From Candidatus Aceula meridiana (GTDB taxonomy: Bacteria > Omnitrophota > Gorgyraeia > Zapsychrales > Aceulaceae): DNA of 64,000 bases. Under the pieces are notes generated by a model. The model saw only the letters and a list, made by a program, of their open reading frames with translations. It did no database searches and had not been told where the DNA came from. Shown one piece after another: positions 58,554 to 64,000 of the stretch (position 1 is the first letter of the stretch; each line of letters begins with the position of its first letter). The stretch spans positions 123,538 through 187,537 of the forward strand of contig JAVCDE010000024.1 in assembly GCA_030765185.1 (NCBI GenBank), read 5' to 3'. The position numbers and the translations under genes are program-made.

Positions 58554-61500
58554 TTAATTTAAATAGCTTATTTGCCTTGGCTCATCCGCTAAAAGCTCTA
58601 CAGTTTCACTTTCGATATTCTCATCTTTCACGCTATATCCTAAAAGCATCGGAAGGTTAGTAACGATTGTATAATTAAGAATCACCGGCACCAACCCGTT
58701 GATATTAATATTCTCAAGATCCTGTAACTTCATTGGAAGCGACACACCGTTTTCATCGCGCTTAATCTGTAAGTCAAACTTATCCTTGTTAAAGTCAATA
58801 CCACCAGGAGATGAAACTGCTATTTTTCCAGCTGTAGGGGGGGGAATAGTGCTATCCGAAGCAGGGACATGATGGGTTTTTAAGGAGATTCCAGCGTTCG
58901 CAACCGAATTTTTAATCATCTGAACAGGTCTTTTTAAATTTTCTTGCATCTCGCTGCTCTTATAAAAATCAATAACATGCTGATTCTTTCCACTAGCAAT
59001 ATCTGCTGCCCAATATCCCTGAGCCAAACGTGTTTTATCTAAATCAATAAAGGAAAGCTTCCCAGCATCGATAAATTCATTTAAAAAAAGATAGTTGCCC
59101 GGCCAAGCTGTATTAATTCCTAAAGGAAGAGGCGTTTTCTCAATATCAATGCCTACTTCCTTTATAACTTTGAGGGCCTCTTTTAAATGTTCAGGAATTT
59201 TCACGCTGTTAAACTGGATCGCAGGCTGATACCCTTCTTCAATAAGATTCTTAATGACTTCTAGTTCAATCTTAAAAAGTTGCCTAGTGTCGCCTTCGCG
59301 GATAAGTGCATCTAGCCCGGCTACGCCTAAAGGAGGATTCACTTCTTCCGGTGAAAAAACACGCCCACCTCTTAATCCTGAAAAATCATCACTTTCCATA
59401 TCAGAAGTTTCAAAAACAAAAGGCTCGCCCGCCTTAACATAATGCTTAATATAATTCGTAAGCATAATCTGATAGGCCTCTGTGGCATCATTGGCCTGCA
59501 GCTTCTTAATGATTGATTCAATCTCGTCGATAACAAAGTCCCCGAGCTTTTCCTTCCTTGCATCGGAAGAAAGCTCATCGTAGGCGTAAAAAGCTAAAGG
59601 ATGAACTTTTATAAACTTATAAAAATCACTGACTTTAATTGAGTTTCCTAAATCTTCAACTTTAGGCTCTCTGGCCTCCTGCGCAATAACGCCAGTAATT
59701 TTACTTTCTTTAGCCGGAACTTGAATCTCAACTTTAACTTCTTGCTTGTAAATTCTTTGATTTAGAAAATCAACGGTAATCATTTGCTTATCAGGCAAAC
59801 GATTAAAATAATCAAGTTGACCTTGATTAGAAAAAATAACCGGAACTCCTAATTCTTTAATTTTCTCAACAATTTCTTGAGAGATATCTTTCGTTGTTAC
59901 AACAGCTCCTAAACGGCTAATCTGGTCTTTTATCTTGTCATCTGAAAAATCAATGAGAATTTCAGGATCTAAAGAAACAAAATCTCCGATATAGGTCTCT
60001 TCAAAATCCCCTTGTTTCTTGACATGAAAAAATAACCGGGTTGCCGCACCACGCTTTAAATCACTTTCAAAATCTGATATTACAACAGAATTAACAACAG
60101 GGTCTTTGACAACACCATGCTTAAGAGTTGCGGCTGCTGAGCGGATAATAGTTTTTTCGGTCCCTAAATAATCGGTGCCGGCATAACCGCCGGTTGATCC
60201 TAACATCATCAAAATTTCTTCGGCAGTCTCGGGATCTTTTTCGACAAGATTAACAATGGCCTGGCCGCAGAGCCCGCACTTTATATTATATTTTTTTGCA
60301 ATGTTAACTACATGGCGAATCGATTCAATAACAAAAGGATGGGCCTCGTTCATCAGGTGTTTCATGTCGTGATTATCACGGTCAGCGCCCATGGTCGTCT
60401 GAGTTAAATCATTGGTTCCAAATGAGAAAAAGCTAGCGCGCTTGAAACTCTTTACGTCAAAATTTTCTTTGAACCATTTTGTAATTTCTTTTTGATGTCG
60501 GTTTAAAATTTTTGCAAATTCATCCGCCTGGATAACATTGCTGGGAAGCTCGATCATCTGCCCGACCTCGCGGATATAAACCACTTCTCCGGCCTCTTTG
60601 CTGAAAGTTTTTTCTTCTTCTTCTAAAATTGTCAAAAGCTCATCTAGCTCCTGCGGTGTCGCGACAAATGGAAACATAAAGCCAAGATTCTTATATCCTT
60701 GTGCAATCTGGCGCAACAGCATACGGATTTCTTCCCTTAAAATAATTTGATTTTCTTTTCGCAAAAGCCATCGTGCTCCACGCTCACCGATCATGGTGGC
60801 TGGTTCAGGATTTGGGTCAAACATTTTTGAGCCAATAAGACTTCTAGCTTCATTTTTCTTAAAATCAATGCTGCGATAAACAACCGTGTTATCTTGCTGA
60901 CTGTTCGCGGCTGCCATTAAGCTAACAGCCCCACCATGAACAGCTGCAAAAAACTCATCATAAGTTAGATATCCTTTAAGACGCTCAGAAAGCTCCTTAA
61001 TAACTTTTATTTCTCCGTCTGTGCGAAGAGAGTCATGCTGAATTGTCCAGAGGTCTTTCTTGCCTGTCTCCGATAAGCTATTAACAAATCCCTCAGGGTT
61101 CCCCTTGTCAAAACTGTCCATAAAACTCTGGATAACCTTTTCAGCGCGAGACATTGGAACAGGCACTTCCTCTCTTCTTGATTTTTCTCTTCTGGCAAGT
61201 TCATCTTCAAACCGGTGAACAGCATCTTTTTCATCTTTATTGAGACCTTCATAATATTTTGTTGCCTGACGATAATCCGTATTCATCATCAAATAGGTGT
61301 AAATAAGAAAATTATCGTAGGCCACACCTGCGCGGGGATTAATATTTTCTTCTCCATAAACAAACTCGGCCCGCATCAAAGCAACACCTGAAAATCCTGG
61401 ATATTGCGCCATCTTTGACATGGTGAGCATAGGGTGAGGCATGCCCATGATATATCCTACTTTGGTATAAACTTTAGGCAAGCGGCTAATATCAATTTTA

Positions 61501-63917
61501 ATTTCCCGCCTGCTAATTGGCAAACTTCCCGCATAAATGGTTCCATTCCCACTGTTTTCATTAACATTTGCATCAACGGTTACAATATTTCCGCTTTTGT
61601 TAAGATAACTTTTAATTTGGGAGGCCTTGCGTTCACCAACTGTCTGAGAAAGCTTATCAAGCCAGGATATAACCCCTACAACCGTGGCAATGCCAAGCTC
61701 TCGAGAAACAACAGCCGCATGAGACGTCGCGCCGCCAACGTCGGCTATGATGCCCACAACATTCTCATGTTTCATAACCGGAAGATAATCCGGCGTGGTT
61801 TCGCGCGTACGGATAATAATTTTTGTTTTGGCAGCTTTTTTCTTAATATCTTCAAACTGTCCAACTAAACCTTTGGCAGGGTCGATAACATAAATCTCTC
61901 CCGTGAATGCATTGCGAGTGGGAATTCCGCTAACCAAAAGTTCACCATTCTCTAAATCTGTTAACTGCCCACGACTATTCTTTGCTTTATTGTGTTTTTC
62001 CTGAGAAGATTCTACATCCTTGGTTTTAATATAAGTATAATCAATAGCAATTTTTTGAGGGTCCGAGACATCCACTTCAGCATTAGAAGGTCGCCTTTGA
62101 ACTGTAATAACTGTATTGGGTTTCTGAAGATTACGACCAACAACCCCTTCCATATCAAGAATATTTTCATATCCTTCTGCTTTACGATAAGCTTCTTTGG
62201 CAATAGCAACAATCTGAGAATCTGTTGCCGCAAAAATATCTCTCCGACTTGGCTCAACATCCGTAAAAACAGTCTTTGTCTTTGCATCTTTAAGACTTTC
62301 TTTAATAACATGCGCTAACTTGTTAAGCTGATGGCGATTAAATCCAAAAACTCTTTGAATCAAACTAGATTGATCTTCATGAATTCGTACCGCGTCTGTT
62401 CTATCGACATCCTCCTTAACAAGGCTATTTAAAACATTATAAAAAATGGATATATCAGACTCTGAAATTTCAAATTTCTCAGCTAACACTCGGGAATTCT
62501 GGCCTTGGGGTTTAACAAGCTCTATATAATCATTCAAGGCTTCCTCAGAAATCTCTAAAAGCCTCATCAAAGGCTCTTTGTAAACAGCCTGAATCATTTT
62601 TGTACCTAGCTGACGGGAAAGAATATTAACTCTAAGCTCTCCACCTTCTTCAAACATGTGGACCAAATAGCTATCAGGCGTAACAACCCCTTGAACAATA
62701 GATTCGCCAAGGTTGTAATTGGTTGTAATAGTACAGGTGCGGCCTTTATTGAAATATTCTTTCCGAGGAATTTTCTGAAAATCCTTTCCTGTCCACCCGG
62801 TGTTCAAATCAGCCCCAAAAAGAACGAATGACACTTGTGCGTCTGCCATCGGCATAATCGTAACGCCCATAGAAATATTCTTAACATTAATAAAATCTTC
62901 TCTTGCCTGCTCAACAATTTTAACTTCTTCTTTAAAATTATTTCTCTGAAAAACTTCAGAAAGCCTTAAAGAAGAAATAATTTTAATATCCCTTGTCTCC
63001 AAAGCCTTAGCCGCAAGCTTATCATCATCATTCTTACTTTGGCCTAAAGTTTTAATTACCTTCTGAACATTATTTCTTGAAAGAAGTTTTCCGAAAGCGA
63101 TATAGACCATCATGCCGTCACGATAGTCAATAGCCCGATCCGTATATAGAGAAGCAACATCATCTCGCCAACGGTTAACAGCAGTCTCTGCGTCTGGCAC
63201 GCCAAGATATGTGTCATGCTGACCGGCGCTTGCGCCTAAATTAATTCCGGCCATCTCAGGAATCTCTTCTAGCTTAATATCTTCTGCACGCCCGGAACTG
63301 CGAACAGCCATTTCTTTAATTTTTGCTTCATAAGCCAAAGACTCATAAGAAAACTTTATCATTTCTTGAATGTGATCCGGGATAGGCGTATTTTTAATCC
63401 TCGCTCTAATTTCTGCACCAATCTTTTCTCTTTGTTTTTCGTCTGAAGAATCTAAATTTCTTATACGCTCATAGACAAAGTTCAAAAGCTCAGGGTCAGA
63501 CTCAAGAAATTGATCAGCAGCTGTTGTTGTTCCAGAAAAACTACGAAAATTGTTTTCCGGGTCTTTCCCCCACATAATTGCCAACTGATAAGATTTACCG
63601 CCAACGAGTCTTTTGCCTAAATCTTCCGGAAGCTGAGCGATTTCAAAATCTCGCGCAATCGGCTTTTTGACAAGTTTTTCAAAAAGCTTTTCAGCCTCTT
63701 CCCTTGACAAAATCTTAATAGGAAACTGAAGGTCATCAGGAACTTTAAGGCTACTGCTGATCTTATCTGTCATGGTGGCCTTGCCGCTTCTTTCGGCACC
63801 CTCCCCGTGTTCCGTAAAAAGTGTCTTAACTTTTACAGTTGATGATCCTTTTTCGCCATCGATAGCAGTATAGCCTTCTTGGCTGAGGACGTGTTGTTTC
63901 TTGATATCTGTCTTCAT
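58554..63917 (-). CDS. Giant (at least 1787 aa) PEP synthase / pyruvate-phosphate dikinase-superfamily protein with an intact PPDK_N–His-swivel–TIM-barrel core, followed by a second, catalytically degenerate swivel + TIM-barrel module and a novel C-terminal tail
   Basis: PPDK_N ATP-grasp (VGGKSYQLA; VRSSGRAEDI…; GESIVQGVVTPDSY). Swivel domain with catalytic His (GGATSHAAVVSRELGIATVVG, His codon 61719-61721). PEP-utilizers_C TIM barrel (FFSFGTNDLTQ, NIKCGLCGQA with the Cys codon at 60276-60278). Then a His-less swivel-like segment (GAVVTTKDISQEIVEKIKELGVPVIFS) and a second TIM-like segment lacking the NDL/Cys motifs. The reading frame has no stop between 63918 and 64000, so the true start may lie outside the window. 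Confidence 0.8.
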   Translation of the reverse strand: MKTDIKKQHVLSQEGYTAIDGEKGSSTVKVKTLFTEHGEGAERSGKATMTDKISSSLKVPDDLQFPIKILSREEAEKLFEKLVKKPIARDFEIAQLPEDLGKRLVGGKSYQLAIMWGKDPENNFRSFSGTTTAADQFLESDPELLNFVYERIRNLDSSDEKQREKIGAEIRARIKNTPIPDHIQEMIKFSYESLAYEAKIKEMAVRSSGRAEDIKLEEIPEMAGINLGASAGQHDTYLGVPDAETAVNRWRDDVASLYTDRAIDYRDGMMVYIAFGKLLSRNNVQKVIKTLGQSKNDDDKLAAKALETRDIKIISSLRLSEVFQRNNFKEEVKIVEQAREDFINVKNISMGVTIMPMADAQVSFVLFGADLNTGWTGKDFQKIPRKEYFNKGRTCTITTNYNLGESIVQGVVTPDSYLVHMFEEGGELRVNILSRQLGTKMIQAVYKEPLMRLLEISEEALNDYIELVKPQGQNSRVLAEKFEISESDISIFYNVLNSLVKEDVDRTDAVRIHEDQSSLIQRVFGFNRHQLNKLAHVIKESLKDAKTKTVFTDVEPSRRDIFAATDSQIVAIAKEAYRKAEGYENILDMEGVVGRNLQKPNTVITVQRRPSNAEVDVSDPQKIAIDYTYIKTKDVESSQEKHNKAKNSRGQLTDLENGELLVSGIPTRNAFTGEIYVIDPAKGLVGQFEDIKKKAAKTKIIIRTRETTPDYLPVMKHENVVGIIADVGGATSHAAVVSRELGIATVVGVISWLDKLSQTVGERKASQIKSYLNKSGNIVTVDANVNENSGNGTIYAGSLPISRREIKIDISRLPKVYTKVGYIMGMPHPMLTMSKMAQYPGFSGVALMRAEFVYGEENINPRAGVAYDNFLIYTYLMMNTDYRQATKYYEGLNKDEKDAVHRFEDELARREKSRREEVPVPMSRAEKVIQSFMDSFDKGNPEGFVNSLSETGKKDLWTIQHDSLRTDGEIKVIKELSERLKGYLTYDEFFAAVHGGAVSLMAAANSQQDNTVVYRSIDFKKNEARSLIGSKMFDPNPEPATMIGERGARWLLRKENQIILREEIRMLLRQIAQGYKNLGFMFPFVATPQELDELLTILEEEEKTFSKEAGEVVYIREVGQMIELPSNVIQADEFAKILNRHQKEITKWFKENFDVKSFKRASFFSFGTNDLTQTTMGADRDNHDMKHLMNEAHPFVIESIRHVVNIAKKYNIKCGLCGQAIVNLVEKDPETAEEILMMLGSTGGYAGTDYLGTEKTIIRSAAATLKHGVVKDPVVNSVVISDFESDLKRGAATRLFFHVKKQGDFEETYIGDFVSLDPEILIDFSDDKIKDQISRLGAVVTTKDISQEIVEKIKELGVPVIFSNQGQLDYFNRLPDKQMITVDFLNQRIYKQEVKVEIQVPAKESKITGVIAQEAREPKVEDLGNSIKVSDFYKFIKVHPLAFYAYDELSSDARKEKLGDFVIDEIESIIKKLQANDATEAYQIMLTNYIKHYVKAGEPFVFETSDMESDDFSGLRGGRVFSPEEVNPPLGVAGLDALIREGDTRQLFKIELEVIKNLIEEGYQPAIQFNSVKIPEHLKEALKVIKEVGIDIEKTPLPLGINTAWPGNYLFLNEFIDAGKLSFIDLDKTRLAQGYWAADIASGKNQHVIDFYKSSEMQENLKRPVQMIKNSVANAGISLKTHHVPASDSTIPPPTAGKIAVSSPGGIDFNKDKFDLQIKRDENGVSLPMKLQDLENININGLVPVILNYTIVTNLPMLLGYSVKDENIESETVELLADEPRQISYLN

Positions 63918-64000
63918 GGCAAGGTTAGCACCACCAGAGAAGTACTTTCTAGGGATGTTGCGTTTGACGTTGGTATCGTATTCAACCTTTATATAGCTGT

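Overview
This is a 64-kb chromosomal segment from an AT-rich diderm (LPS-making) bacterium. Every credible gene, about 58 CDS, lies on the minus strand and genes are tightly packed, often with 1–20 nt overlaps. The plus-strand ORFs in the track are antisense shadows. Three blocks can be distinguished. (1) Housekeeping and core information-processing genes: a prfA fragment at the edge, rpmE, rho, coaE, glgA, polA, folD, rnhB, rplS-trmD, tgt-queA, ruvB, scpA, trpS, infB-nusA-rimP, proS, the rseP-dxr-cdsA-uppS block, purA, serA, clpP-tig. (2) A large contiguous LPS locus from about 35.6 to 53.9 kb: lptB, lptC/A-like, kdsC, kdsD, kdsA, kdsB, a heptose kinase (HldE domain I only), three stand-alone GT9 heptosyltransferases, a GT4, a GT4–GT9 fusion, an LpxL-acyltransferase/ELM1-like (GT-B) fusion, lpxK and waaA, with a small non-LPS island (frameshifted cupin, PNPOx-like, PilZ, secreted protein) inserted in it. 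(3) xerC/D-like, topA, dprA and aroK, followed by a very large ORF of at least 1787 aa that is still open at the window edge. This ORF encodes a PEP-synthase/PPDK-superfamily protein that appears to carry an internal duplication: a second, catalytically degenerate swivel + TIM-barrel module C-terminal to an intact PpsA-like core. It is the most unusual object in the window. No rRNA, tRNA, CRISPR or mobile-element signatures were seen. Two convincing rho-independent terminators and a few hairpins or repeats are annotated. All function calls come from reading the translated ORFs against remembered family motifs; no database search was run.
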